Below, piece after piece: positions 1 to 8,845 of a DNA stretch of 64,000 bases; positions within the stretch are counted from its first letter, which is position 1; each line of letters starts with the position of its first letter. A model generated the notes under the pieces. The model was not told the DNA's origin. It saw only the letters and a list, made by a program, of their open reading frames with translations, and searched no databases. The DNA is taken from the NCBI GenBank assembly GCA_963737065.1, contig CAVTRC010000001.1:480001-544000 (forward strand), written 5' to 3'. The translations under genes were made by a program, and so were the position numbers. This DNA is from Candidatus Eremiobacteria bacterium (GTDB lineage: Bacteria; Vulcanimicrobiota; Vulcanimicrobiia; Vulcanimicrobiales; Vulcanimicrobiaceae).

Positions 1-559
1 CGGGTATGCCGTCCACGCGCAAGACGACAAATGCCGCGCCATGTAACGCCAGCGTTACGAGGGCGAAGAGGCCCACCAAGAGCGCGTACCAGTTCAGCAA
101 GAACGCGAACGTTCCCATAAAATAGCCGTCGCGGTCGAGCGGAACGCCACGTATCAGATTGCCGAGTGCAACGCCGAAGAACAGAATCAATAGCGCGCTC
201 GCAGCCGTGAAACAAAAGTCCCAAAACTGATGCCACAGCGGGCTCTCGTAGTGCTCGCGCAGTTCAAGCGAGACGCCCCGGCCCATGAGCAGCCACAGCA
301 CAACCATGAACGGCAGATAAAAGCCCGAAAACGACGACGCATAGCCTTTCGGGAACAGTGCGAAGAGCAGCGCGCCCGCCGCCACGAGCCAGACCTCATT
401 GCCGTTCCAGAAGGGCCCGATGGCCTGCATTGCGGCCAAACGTTCGCGATCGTTTTTCGCGAGAAGCGGTGTAATGGATGCAACGCCGAGATCGTATCCG
501 TCGAGCACTACGAAACCGGCGATCATGAACCCGACGAGTAGAAACGCGACGATGCTCAC
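1..559 (-). CDS. cydB: Cytochrome bd ubiquinol oxidase subunit II (3' end outside window)
   Basis: Manually translated from GTG at 559, overlapping the cydA stop (GTGA): MSIVAFLLVGFMIAGFVVLDGYDLGV...IGPFWNGNEVWLVAAG, the CydB signature. Absent from the ORF track because it is truncated. Confidence 0.93.
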   Translation of the reverse strand, partial: MSIVAFLLVGFMIAGFVVLDGYDLGVASITPLLAKNDRERLAAMQAIGPFWNGNEVWLVAAGALLFALFPKGYASSFSGFYLPFMVVLWLLMGRGVSLELREHYESPLWHQFWDFCFTAASALLILFFGVALGNLIRGVPLDRDGYFMGTFAFLLNWYALLVGLFALVTLALHGAAFVVLRVDGIP

Positions 560-1905
560 GACACCGCCTCGACCGTGCCTTCATCGAGCGAAGTCGATGC
601 GGGACCTTGCCCGATCTCGCGCAGCACCAAATACAGATAGAGTAGACCGAGAATGAAGTACATCCCGACGAAACCGATGATCGTAAAGATCGTTTCACCG
701 GACACGACGGTCGGCGAAACCGCGTCGTTCGTTCGCATCAGACCGTAGACGATCCAGGGCTGTCGTCCGACTTCGGTCACGACCCAGCCCGCTTCGTTCG
801 CGACATACGGAAACGGCATCGCAAGCATCAAGATCCATAAAAGCCATCGCATGCGAAAGAGCTTGTTGCGCCACAGAAGCAACGCCGCAACGACCGCAAT
901 TGCCGCAAAAACGCTCCCAAGGCCGACCATCACGTGATACGCGTAATATGTCAGCTCTACCGGCGGCCACAACGCGTGGGCGTACGCGCGAAGGCCCTTG
1001 ACGTTGGCCGTGAAGTTCCCATACGCGAGAAAGCTCAGCACGCCGGGCACGACGATCGGATCGATGAGTTGGCGATTTCTCACATCCGGCATGCCGATGA
1101 TGGCGAGCGGCGCACCGTCCTTCGTTTCGAACAGCCCTTCCATCGCGGCCAGTTTGATCGGCTGAAATTGCGTGACATTCTTGCTGTTTTGATCCCCGGT
1201 CGGAAACGTGGACATGACCGAGAACACGAGCGCCACGACGACGCCGACCCGAAGAAAACGCCGGCCATACTCTTGGTTGCGCTGCGATAACAGATAATAC
1301 GCGCCGATCCCGCTTACGATGAATCCACCGGTCACCAGCGCGCCCGAAATGACATGCGTGTATTGCCAAAATGCAAACGGCGACGCGAGCACGGCCCACA
1401 AATTGCCCATTTGAAATGAGCCGTCGCGCGCGACGGTGTATGCGACGGGATGCTGCATCCACGCGTCGGTGGCGACGATGAAGAATCCCGACGTCCACGA
1501 TCCGAGCCAAACGAGCACCGCAGCGACCGCCTGGAATGCGGACGGCACGGCGCGCCGCCGGTAAAATAGCGCGCCGAGAAACACCGACTCGAGAAAGAAT
1601 GCGTATATGGCTTCCATCGAAAGCGGCTGCCCGACGACGGAACCCGCGCGTGCGGCAAATGCCGCCCAATTTGTGCCGAATTGAAATTCCATCGGAATGC
1701 CGCTCACGACGCCGATCGCAAACCCGATCGTGAAGAGCTTCGTCCAAAATTCGGCGGCCGCCGCTTCAATTGGATCGCGCGTGCGATATGCACGCCATGT
1801 GAACCACGCGACGAACGGAGCGAGCCCCATCGTCGTGATCGGAAACAAATAGTGGAACATGATCGTGAAGGCAAACTGCAAGCGGTCCGCGATCACGACG
1901 TCCAT
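556..1905 (-). CDS. cydA: Cytochrome bd ubiquinol oxidase subunit I
   Basis: RLQFAFTIMFHYLF, MEFQFGTNW, QPIKLAAMEG, EAGWVVTEVGRQPW motifs. Confidence 0.97.
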   Translation of the reverse strand: MDVVIADRLQFAFTIMFHYLFPITTMGLAPFVAWFTWRAYRTRDPIEAAAAEFWTKLFTIGFAIGVVSGIPMEFQFGTNWAAFAARAGSVVGQPLSMEAIYAFFLESVFLGALFYRRRAVPSAFQAVAAVLVWLGSWTSGFFIVATDAWMQHPVAYTVARDGSFQMGNLWAVLASPFAFWQYTHVISGALVTGGFIVSGIGAYYLLSQRNQEYGRRFLRVGVVVALVFSVMSTFPTGDQNSKNVTQFQPIKLAAMEGLFETKDGAPLAIIGMPDVRNRQLIDPIVVPGVLSFLAYGNFTANVKGLRAYAHALWPPVELTYYAYHVMVGLGSVFAAIAVVAALLLWRNKLFRMRWLLWILMLAMPFPYVANEAGWVVTEVGRQPWIVYGLMRTNDAVSPTVVSGETIFTIIGFVGMYFILGLLYLYLVLREIGQGPASTSLDEGTVEAVS

Positions 1906-1914
1906 GGCTCTACT

Positions 1915-3048
1915 CTACGACGACGGAATGGCCGGGGTTAAGACCTTTCGCGCTTCCGGCGAGTCCTGATATTCGATCGTCAAGAGCGAGCGCAAGCGTG
2001 CCTGCGAGCTGTTCGTCTCAGGCGTACTCATCCGTTTCAACGTTGTAATTTCAGCATACAGCAACTTCGGCATGTCGCGATCGCGCGGATAGATGCGCTG
2101 CATTCCTTCGATCGCATCCGCAATAAGGAGCGCCTGACCCGCCTCACGGTTGCCGTAGTTATAGTCCAGCATGAAGTTCACGTGCTTTAGTTCGTTTTCA
2201 ATGCCGAGCACGGAGTACCCCATTCGTCCGAAATATTCGTCGGCAGGAGCGAGCGTCGAGAGATAGACGTCGTGCGGAACGGCTTTGACGCTCGCAATAA
2301 TGAGCGGCGACGTCATATTCTTTAGGCGCTGCAGAATCGTGTCGGCGTTTGCCTTGTCGCCCGGCGCATCGGAGCTCAGCGTGCCGGCCGACGCCATCTG
2401 GACGGCCCGCACGAATTCCGGCCCGTAACTCGTCGGCAAATGGGCTAACGGAAAGTTCGCGCCGGCGGCGCGCTGGAACGCAACCGTGCGCCACGACGGA
2501 TCTCCCGTCAAAATCCACGCACGCCACGGTGCTTCTACTTGTTGGAGCGCTGCATCAACGTCGCCGGGATAGTCGTGCGCGTTTGCCGTCGCGTCATCGT
2601 CCGCGAGCCGAGCGAGCGTCGCCGGGGAATCTTCCGCATCGGCACGCTGCAAGAGATCCTGCGCATTACGAACCATTGCCGAATCGGCTGAATTCTTGAT
2701 AACCCAGTTCGCTGCTTCGCGCACGTACCACGCCGCTCCGTCGTGATTGAGCAACGGATCGTAATGCAATCCCGTGCCGACCTGTACGGCGAGCGTCGCA
2801 ATTTCGCCGTACGCGGGATCGGTCGGACGCTGCAGCGAGTACGCGCGTCCGGCATCGAGGATGGTCGAGAGGTACTGTTGCTGATCGGCGAAGTCCCAAT
2901 TGCGCTGCGCAGCCCTTTGATACGCCGCCTTCATTTGATTGTAGAGCACCTGCGGGTCAGCTTCGATCGCAGCCCGCGCCACGACGGGCGAAAGCATCAG
3001 TGTCGCGAGCGCCGCCGCGGCAATCGTTTTATAAAACGCTCGAGTCAT
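1915..3048 (-). CDS. Hypothetical exported alpha-helical protein
   Basis: 377-aa ORF with signal-peptide-like N-terminus (IAAAALATLMLSPVVARA); start overlaps the purP end by 20 nt; no family recognised. Confidence 0.75.
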   Translation of the reverse strand: MTRAFYKTIAAAALATLMLSPVVARAAIEADPQVLYNQMKAAYQRAAQRNWDFADQQQYLSTILDAGRAYSLQRPTDPAYGEIATLAVQVGTGLHYDPLLNHDGAAWYVREAANWVIKNSADSAMVRNAQDLLQRADAEDSPATLARLADDDATANAHDYPGDVDAALQQVEAPWRAWILTGDPSWRTVAFQRAAGANFPLAHLPTSYGPEFVRAVQMASAGTLSSDAPGDKANADTILQRLKNMTSPLIIASVKAVPHDVYLSTLAPADEYFGRMGYSVLGIENELKHVNFMLDYNYGNREAGQALLIADAIEGMQRIYPRDRDMPKLLYAEITTLKRMSTPETNSSQARLRSLLTIEYQDSPEARKVLTPAIPSS

Positions 3049-4051
3049 CCAACACTAAACGAAGATTGTTCGTCAAAAGTGCATTCTTGATCTCGCGCGC
3101 GATGCGCCGGCCGGTCGACATCGGCTCGGAATAATTCAGGTAAGAGTATGGTGATCCGTCGATGAAGAGGTTCGTTCCGGCGACGATGCGCGCCGAGATT
3201 TCCATAACGTAGAACTGCATGTCCGGAGTGATAATCGTTTCGATGCAAAACGCGCCGAAGAGCCCTTTCGGACCCGCAATATCCTTGCTGACACGTACCA
3301 CGTTTTCACCCATACGTAACGCCTCCGCGAGCATCGACTCGCGCAGGCTCACCGGCTGGTTGCCGACGACGACGTACGAAGGGCTGACGTCCATGCCCTC
3401 TTGCGCGGCAGCCGGAATGCGTCCCAGCGAATCAACGTTTGTTTCGTAACGCCGATCCATCGACATGATTTCGAGGCGGTCTTGCAACGGTGAATAGAAA
3501 TAGTGGATGTAGACCGGAACGCCGATGATGTACTCCTGAATCGTGTACGCCTTCTGCAGTTCCTTTGAACGCTTCTCGAAATCCCGGGCGTCACGAATAA
3601 ACATGTAACCCTTTCCACCGCCGGCGCCATAGAGCTTGACGATGACGGGCCGATCGATCTCCGCGCCGCTTTTGAATTGCCGCGGCATCAAGATGCCGGC
3701 CGTGATAAGCCACTCCCGTTGCAGTTCGCGGCTCGCTTCCCAGTCGAGCACGGCTTTGTTTCCGAAGTACGGGATCGTCATCTTCTTATGCTCTTCGAGC
3801 GACAGATACGCAACGAACGAGCCGTGCGGAACGATGATGACCTTGCGCTTGTCCAGCTCACCCATCAACGATGGAAATTCGGAATACGCATCGACGCCGA
3901 TTACTTCGTCGATGAACGCAAACGAGCGGTAGAGCTTCTCCGTATCGCGATTCGCAACGGCAAGCGTCTTGAATCCTTCATCGTGCGCGCCTTTGAGGAT
4001 CTGGAGCGCGGAATGCGAGCCGAGCGTTGCAATCGTATAGGGACGGTTCAT
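3029..4051 (-). CDS. purP: PurP-family ATP-grasp formate-dependent AICAR formyltransferase (archaeal type)
   Basis: IATLGSHSALQILKGAHDEGFKT, VPHGSFVAY, MDRRYETNVD, VVVGNQPVSLRES, EISARIVAGTN, MSTGRRIAREIK; located in a pur operon. Confidence 0.9.
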   Translation of the reverse strand: MNRPYTIATLGSHSALQILKGAHDEGFKTLAVANRDTEKLYRSFAFIDEVIGVDAYSEFPSLMGELDKRKVIIVPHGSFVAYLSLEEHKKMTIPYFGNKAVLDWEASRELQREWLITAGILMPRQFKSGAEIDRPVIVKLYGAGGGKGYMFIRDARDFEKRSKELQKAYTIQEYIIGVPVYIHYFYSPLQDRLEIMSMDRRYETNVDSLGRIPAAAQEGMDVSPSYVVVGNQPVSLRESMLAEALRMGENVVRVSKDIAGPKGLFGAFCIETIITPDMQFYVMEISARIVAGTNLFIDGSPYSYLNYSEPMSTGRRIAREIKNALLTNNLRLVLDDSSVL

Positions 4052-4500
4052 TCTTTTCCTTCGTAGCGAGCCATTTCAATGGCGGGGTTGCACAGCAGCC
4101 GTTCTGCCGCCATGCGCACCACCGACGCATCGACCGCCGCACCGCGTCGATCCAGCAAACGCCATGCGACGAAACGGCGCGGCTGCGAAATGCCGGCAAT
4201 GCGCTTCCCGCCAAGATGTTCGCGCGCCTCATCGTGCGCACCGTGCTCGGCGATCCATACTTCACCAGGCCGCGGCCGGTCGACTCCGAGATCGGCTAAA
4301 CGATGCGTATTCGGGTTGAAGATCGTCTCATTCGATTCGATCCGCGCAATGAAATCGTCGCGTGCGCCTTCGTCTTCGACCACCCAAATTTCACTGCGTT
4401 CGACGTGCGCGACGTCGACGCTCAGACGCTGCAGCGTCGTCAGCGTCGTGTATGCCGCGTTGTCCGGAATCTTCAGGGAGATCGCGATCGTACGCTTCAA
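4048..4500 (-). CDS. purS: PurS-like FGAM synthase subunit, apparently two tandem PurS-like halves
   Basis: TTG start overlaps the purQ stop; 150 aa; NP motif twice (TIFNPNTH and RLLCNPAIE); directly follows purL-purQ. Confidence 0.65.
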   Translation of the reverse strand: MKRTIAISLKIPDNAAYTTLTTLQRLSVDVAHVERSEIWVVEDEGARDDFIARIESNETIFNPNTHRLADLGVDRPRPGEVWIAEHGAHDEAREHLGGKRIAGISQPRRFVAWRLLDRRGAAVDASVVRMAAERLLCNPAIEMARYEGKE

Positions 4501-5267
4501 CGGCTTTGCACTCCGATGACAAAGCTGCGAAACAGGACCGCTCCACCCGAGGGTTCGAGGATCGAATGGCTGCCGCGGCGCTCGGGATGATTGAACGTCC
4601 ACCCGTCGCGTTCCGGGTGCGGCATGATCGCGAGCACGTTGCCGCGCGCGTTGACGAGCGCGGCCGCATTGAGCGCCGATTGATTCGGCGTTGCGGCCGG
4701 ATCGACGCGGCCGTCGGAATGCGCGTAGACGAACGCGATATGCCCACTGTCTTGCAATTGCCGTAAATGCTCGTCATCCGCCGCGAGGCGCCCCTCGCCG
4801 TGCGCCGCCCATGCGGGAATCAATTCGTTCGGACCGAGCGCTGCGGTGATAGGCGAACGCGCGGGATCGAGCGACAGCTTCACCCACGTGTGCTCGCAAA
4901 TAAAGTGCGGCATGGGCCGGTTCTTCGTGAATGCCGCCGTCGGCCTGCGCACTGGACCCGTACCGGGCACGAGGCCGGACTCGAGCAGGATCTGCGCGCC
5001 GTTGCAAACGCCGAGCACGAGCTTTCCTTCGCGCGCGCCGTCGATGACGTAATCCATCATCTCGTCGTGCGCGGCGATCGCGCCCGCGCGAATCCGGTCT
5101 TCGTACGCGAACCCGCCCGGTAATACGTATGCCTCAAACTTCGGCAACATCGACGCGCGGCTCCAATGGACGAGGTGCGCGTCCCCTCCGCAGTCGCGCA
5201 GCAATCGCAGCGTTTCCTCTTCCGAATTCGTACCGGGGAAAACCAGAACGGCGATGCGCTTGCTCAC
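4497..5267 (-). CDS. purQ: Phosphoribosylformylglycinamidine synthase I (glutaminase subunit)
   Basis: FPGTNSE, LPGGFAYEDRIRAG, GVCNGAQIL, AHGEG, MPHPER; GTG start overlaps the purL stop. Confidence 0.96.
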   Translation of the reverse strand: MSKRIAVLVFPGTNSEEETLRLLRDCGGDAHLVHWSRASMLPKFEAYVLPGGFAYEDRIRAGAIAAHDEMMDYVIDGAREGKLVLGVCNGAQILLESGLVPGTGPVRRPTAAFTKNRPMPHFICEHTWVKLSLDPARSPITAALGPNELIPAWAAHGEGRLAADDEHLRQLQDSGHIAFVYAHSDGRVDPAATPNQSALNAAALVNARGNVLAIMPHPERDGWTFNHPERRGSHSILEPSGGAVLFRSFVIGVQSR

Positions 5268-7537
5268 GGGTACACCTCGCGCAAGGGCGCGATCCACAAC
5301 TCCTGCAAGCGCTTCAAGTCGAAGGCTTCATCGTCAATGGCGAGCACCGGCTGATCGACCGTAACGCCGATTTCGTGTACGCCTTCGACGTCGTCGGCCA
5401 TCCCCTCGAATGCATCGACATCGTCCGCCGCGACTTCGACGATGAAGCCACCTGATTCGCCGAAGAGTGCCTCGATGTCCCCGACGCTGCCGTGCGTCCA
5501 CTGCCACGGATCATCGACCTGCGCGCCCACCGGCTTTTCACCGCGGCGCAACGTCGGGAACGCCATCTCGCAGAGCGCGGCCAGCAAGCCGCCGTTTCCG
5601 ATTGAGTGCGCGGCTCGCAACACGTCTGCTAGCGCCGCCTCCAACAGCAACCCGTGTTGCGCGCGTGCACTATCGTAGTGGATGCGCGGCACGCGCGGAT
5701 CGTGCCGGCCCAGCACATCGAGCACGACGGAACCACCGAGCGCGGGACGAGGCGTACCAACCAAATACAGCACGGACCCCGGTTGTTTGAGACGCATCGT
5801 CACGACGTTCGCAACATCCATCATCGACCCGACACACGCGACGATCGGCGACGCGGGTATCGCGTTGCCGCTCTTCGACTCGTTGTACAGGCTCACGTTA
5901 CCGGATACAAACGGCGTCTCGAACGCGCGCGCCGCGGTCGCAAGCCCGTCGATCGCCGCGACGAATTCGCCGAGATGCGCCGGATTTCTCGGATTCCCAA
6001 AGTTCAAACAATCGGTCAAACCGATGGGACGTGCGCCGGCTGCGACGCACTTGCGTACCGCCTCGTACACGGCGTGCTCGCCCGCAAGCCGCGCATTCAA
6101 TCGTCCGAAGCGGGGGTTTCCCGCGACGGAAAGTGCGACACCGAGCGTCGATCCGAACACCGGCGCCAGCACGCCGGCGTCGCCTCTGCCGCGCGGCACA
6201 ACCGTTGCACCGCGAACGACGCAATCGTAACGGCGGTAGAGCGGTTCTCGGGAACAGACGTCGCGATGCTGCAGCACGCGCTCGAGCAGTTCGTCCAGTT
6301 GCATGCCGGTCACGAGCGGCGCTTCGTCGACCACCTGATCCGTCACGCGAATGTCGTCGTGCGCCAAATCATCGCGAATGGCGCCGGTGAGAAAATCGCT
6401 ACCAACGTCCATCACGACCCGGCCGTGATGTCGCAGCACGTAGCGCTTTTCCGCCGTCACCTTCCCCACGACGACCGCGCGCGCGTTGTACGCGATCTGC
6501 GGCAGTGTGAATTCCTCGTTGTAGATGCGCAGAATGTCGGACGTGATCTCCGGCGGCACGACCCAAATCAGTCGCTCTTGCGTCTCGCCGACCGCGATGA
6601 CTTCGGGTCGGAGATTCTCAACGGCCACGTTGACCTTATCCAGATCGATATCCGCGCCGTATCCGCCGGCCGACGTAATCTCCGCCGAACACCCCATGAT
6701 GCCGCCGGCGCCAAGATCTTTGAATCCCGCCGTAACGTTACGATCGCGCAAGAAGCCGAACGTCGCGTAACTCGCGCGCATCAACACGTTCTTTAAGAAC
6801 GGATCGGGAACTTGGACGGCGCCGCGATTCGATTCCTCATCCGCCGCGTCGAGCGTCAGCGACGAGAACGATGCGCCGCCGAATCCGCTCGGATCCGTCG
6901 CCTTGCCGACAAGAACGATATCCCAGCCATCGGCGCCTTCGGGCGCGTACGAATGGATGATCTCAGATTCCTTGACGATGCCCATAGCGACGACGTTTAC
7001 CAAGCAATTGTCGTCGAACCGCTCGTCGAAATACACGTCGCCCGCGATATTGGGAACGCCGATCGCATTACCGTACGCGCTGATTCCGTCGACAGCCGCT
7101 TGCGCGACGTAGCGCTGATGCGACTGCGGATCGTCGATCAAACCGAAGCGCAATGCGTCAGCGACGGCGATTACTTCCGCTCCCATGCAGAGCACGTCAC
7201 GGACGATGCCCCCGATACCGGTTGCAGCCCCCTCAAACGGGACAACTTGCGACGGATGATTGTGCGACTCGTGCGCGATAACGATGCCGTATCGTTCACC
7301 TTGATGCTCGCCAAGGTGTAAGATGCCTGAATCTTCGGAAGGCCCGAGGACAACGGTTGGTCCGTTCGTCGGCAGTTTTCGCAGATGATGCCGGCTCGAT
7401 TTATAACTGCAATGCTCGCTCCATTGCGCGTCGAACGCGTGCAGTTCGACGATCGATGGCGAACGCCCGAGCGTCTTTTCGATCGAGCGCAATTCGTCGC
7501 CGCGCAGCGCGACGCCCGACGTATCGAGTTCAGCCAA
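5264..7537 (-). CDS. purL: Phosphoribosylformylglycinamidine synthase II (small PurL)
   Basis: QWSEHCSYKSS, ESHNHPS, GAATGIGGIVRD, DLGAGG, ETQER, TDCLNFGNP, VSGNVSLYN; likely TTG start at 7537. Confidence 0.96.
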   Translation of the reverse strand: MAELDTSGVALRGDELRSIEKTLGRSPSIVELHAFDAQWSEHCSYKSSRHHLRKLPTNGPTVVLGPSEDSGILHLGEHQGERYGIVIAHESHNHPSQVVPFEGAATGIGGIVRDVLCMGAEVIAVADALRFGLIDDPQSHQRYVAQAAVDGISAYGNAIGVPNIAGDVYFDERFDDNCLVNVVAMGIVKESEIIHSYAPEGADGWDIVLVGKATDPSGFGGASFSSLTLDAADEESNRGAVQVPDPFLKNVLMRASYATFGFLRDRNVTAGFKDLGAGGIMGCSAEITSAGGYGADIDLDKVNVAVENLRPEVIAVGETQERLIWVVPPEITSDILRIYNEEFTLPQIAYNARAVVVGKVTAEKRYVLRHHGRVVMDVGSDFLTGAIRDDLAHDDIRVTDQVVDEAPLVTGMQLDELLERVLQHRDVCSREPLYRRYDCVVRGATVVPRGRGDAGVLAPVFGSTLGVALSVAGNPRFGRLNARLAGEHAVYEAVRKCVAAGARPIGLTDCLNFGNPRNPAHLGEFVAAIDGLATAARAFETPFVSGNVSLYNESKSGNAIPASPIVACVGSMMDVANVVTMRLKQPGSVLYLVGTPRPALGGSVVLDVLGRHDPRVPRIHYDSARAQHGLLLEAALADVLRAAHSIGNGGLLAALCEMAFPTLRRGEKPVGAQVDDPWQWTHGSVGDIEALFGESGGFIVEVAADDVDAFEGMADDVEGVHEIGVTVDQPVLAIDDEAFDLKRLQELWIAPLREVYP

Positions 7538-8735
7538 GTGCCGTCCCCTGCGGCGTAGGCACCTGCCCTTGCTGCTGCAGCATCGCATCGGCGTGCAACA
7601 CCGCAGAACGCGCATTTGCCTGCATCAAGAGCGTACGTCCGTAGAGCACCGTATCTTCCAGTCCAAGCAACTTTGCGCAGTCCAACGCAAGCTCTTGCGG
7701 ATCGCCGTGCCAGTCGAGAACCGGCGATGACGAGGCCGAATTGAGCATTGCGCGTAGGCTGTCGTCTTCGTCCACCGCGACGAAGAACAGCCGCGCGAAC
7801 GTCGCTTCCAACTGCTGGACGAGTTGCAACACATATCCCGGCGTCTTCGACGGGCTCGCGACATGCCGAACGGTCGGCAATCCCAGTTGCTGCAGCGCCG
7901 CGACGACGGCGTTGATCGATTCCGACCGCTCCGGAGAATCCCCGACGACGGCCGCCATGCCGGGGCGCATGACCGGAAACGTTCCGACGAGATCGGCGAC
8001 TTCTTCATACGCGGATTTCACGCGCGCAAGCGAGGCGTCATCGACGGTTTCCAGGTTGCGGTACATTTGTTTGTCCAGCATCAGCTCTTCACGGCCTTGC
8101 GGCCAAATGCGCCACGAGTCGTTATCGATCACGTCGGCGATGACGAGTTGCCCCTTGTCGGGACCTCCGGTGAGCCGGCCGTATTCGATTTTGAGATCGA
8201 CGAGCAGCACGTCGCGTTTGCGCCACGCGTGCGAGAGAATCTCGAACGTCAGCCGCGCAAGCTCCGTCATGACGCCCACTTCATTCGGATTCGCGATGCC
8301 GTTGCCGACGATCGCATCGGGCGTGATCATCGGGTCGTGCTGCGCGTCATCTTTAAGAAAAAATTCGATGACGCGCGGAACCATCAGCGCTCCGCGCTGT
8401 ACGCCGGGGTTGCGCTTGACGAACGAACCTGCGGCAACGCCACGGACGACGACTTCGAGCGGAATCATGTTGCAGCGGCGTACGAGCATCTCGTTGTTAT
8501 CGTCGTCCTCGCCGCCGTTCAAATAGTGCGTCGGAAGTCCGCACAGATTAAGCAATCGGAAGACGCGCGCGGTGGTCTGCGCAGCAAGACGGCCTTTTCC
8601 GGCGATCTCATTGCGCCGCGCACCGTCGCCTGCCGAAACTTGATCCGTCTGCGCAACGACGAGTTGGTCCGGCGAGCCGGCCGCTTCGTAGAGAACTTTC
8701 GTTTTGCCCTTCGCGATTTCGATGCCCTTATTCAC
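7530..8735 (-). CDS. purC: SAICAR synthetase of PAICS-like type fused to a degenerate PurE-like C-terminal domain
   Basis: GKTK, IPLEVVVRGVAAGSFVKRNPG, EFFLKDD, VDLKIEYG, ADVIDNDSWRIWP, DKQMYR; extra ~140-aa C-terminus with a PurE-like pattern. Confidence 0.9.
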   Translation of the reverse strand: MNKGIEIAKGKTKVLYEAAGSPDQLVVAQTDQVSAGDGARRNEIAGKGRLAAQTTARVFRLLNLCGLPTHYLNGGEDDDNNEMLVRRCNMIPLEVVVRGVAAGSFVKRNPGVQRGALMVPRVIEFFLKDDAQHDPMITPDAIVGNGIANPNEVGVMTELARLTFEILSHAWRKRDVLLVDLKIEYGRLTGGPDKGQLVIADVIDNDSWRIWPQGREELMLDKQMYRNLETVDDASLARVKSAYEEVADLVGTFPVMRPGMAAVVGDSPERSESINAVVAALQQLGLPTVRHVASPSKTPGYVLQLVQQLEATFARLFFVAVDEDDSLRAMLNSASSSPVLDWHGDPQELALDCAKLLGLEDTVLYGRTLLMQANARSAVLHADAMLQQQGQVPTPQGTALG

Positions 8736-8845
8736 TTAGAAGGCGCTCCACTTTAAGTGTAGCTTGCCCTGCGCTCCATCGAAGGGCGCCCCAAACCGGC
8801 GTGGCGCTGCGAACAGTGTTGAGATCGGGACTTCGCCGGGCGAAT

